A stretch of 58,308 bases of DNA, the filler included, from Basidiobolus meristosporus CBS 931.73 (lineage: Eukaryota > Fungi > Basidiobolomycota): assembly GCA_002104905.1 (NCBI GenBank). It is 2 parts of 2 records of this genome, joined end to end, with 100 filler letters (N's around TTAATTAATTAA, not from the genome) between each part and the next. Parts side by side here need not be neighbours in the genome. Positions count along the whole stretch, not along the records: positions 28,019 to 58,308 come from MCFE01000852.1; 1 more part is not named here. One strand, 5' to 3'. Numbering within the stretch: position 1 is the first letter of the stretch; each line of letters opens with the position of its first letter. The translations under genes were made by a program, and so were the position numbers. The notes beneath the pieces are model-generated. The model saw nothing but the letters and a program-made list of their open reading frames with translations, made no database searches and was not told where the DNA came from. Shown piece by piece: positions 57,492 through 58,308 of the stretch.

Positions 57492-57578
57492 CCGACTCAC
57501 TTTATTGCATAGATATATATATATATACATGATTATATATAGAATCAAATTAATAAATCAACGGCACGTTAGAAGGGA

Positions 57579-58308
57579 TCACCAATAGTTGTTTCCGGCC
57601 CATGAGAGCTGCTCTTTGATGCTTCTCGCACCTTTGTTGACTTCCTCAATCACTTCGATTCCCTCAGTATTCAAACTGTCCAACACTGGCTTATAGATCT
57701 CCGAAATAGTAGGCGAGAGTACTCCGCGAGTACTTACCTTGCCTAGAATGGTGTTAGCATATATACAACTGGTACAATTGTGGGAACATACCCTTCAGCA
57801 ATAAATCGGCGGCAATTGCAGCAGGGAGAGCAACGGTTTTAGCCATGCCAGAATATCCACCAACCGTTCCATATGTTATAAGAGTCGATTTGTGAATTTC
57901 CTAAGCAAAATTTAACGTTATGAGTACACATAGATAACACCAACTAGTTGCCTTTATCCCAGGGATACCTTGCTGCCATCTGATCGTTCTACACCAAATT
58001 CGTGATGGAGCGCCACCATATCACGTTCGTGAGCTCCATATTGTAACTGATTTGAGAGTATAGTACAGAAGCCATCAAGAACGGTGGGAGCTCTAATCTT
58101 GGGCAACGCTGTCGAATTGGCCTCTTTCGTCATTTGGAGCCTATTGTTCAAGGCTGCTTAGTTACTTTGCTTGGAGAAAGATGTTGAAGATTCTACCAAC
58201 CATGACAGACCGCTTAGAACTCTCCCAACCATTGGGTGGTTTGAGGTAGTCTAATTTCTGCGAGATCTTACTCAAGCGCGAATTATGGTCGCCGCTATTA
58301 TTTCCTAA
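57579..58308 (-). CDS. 3' part of saccharopine dehydrogenase (LYS9-like, or SDH domain of a bifunctional LKR/SDH); 5' end outside the window
   Basis: Exons 58140-57969, 57900-57792, 57742-57579 give LDGFCTILSNQLQYGAHERDMVALHHEFGVE..STLITYG..GYSGMAKTVALPAAIA..GVLSP..EGIEVIE; structure above 58140 is tentative. Confidence 0.85.

Overview
Eukaryotic (fungal) genomic window. Short GT-AG introns with CTAAC/CTGAC-type branch points, CpG-depleted but still intact transposons and no RIP signature suggest an early-diverging fungus (inference). Three zones. (1) 1-~6200: CpG-normal DNA with a small secreted 4-Cys protein gene, an old solo copia LTR and probably a very decayed gypsy relic. (2) ~6200-49150: a ~43 kb CpG-depleted transposon nest. 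It holds an intact single-ORF chromovirus (697 bp LTRs, TSD CAGTG) inserted into a foldback MITE; a tRNA-Lys-primed Ty3/gypsy element in LTR-internal-LTR-internal tandem plus a solo LTR; a 100 bp assembly gap; three copies of a foldback/MITE family with AAT target duplications; several copies of a two-gene CACTA/CMC-like (Transposase_21) element, two of them forming a 10.8 kb inverted structure; and a Ty1/copia family nested repeatedly into itself. (3) 49150-end: compact host genes: MCR1, an orphan 3-exon gene, a 73-aa ORF carrying the PKI pseudosubstrate motif RRNAI, a mitochondrial PPR protein, a GSKIP-domain gene, OXA1 and the 3' part of a saccharopine dehydrogenase. The most novel-looking candidate is the PKI-like micro-protein. 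Exon models, TSDs and mismatch counts were read by eye; family names come from motif recognition, not database searches.
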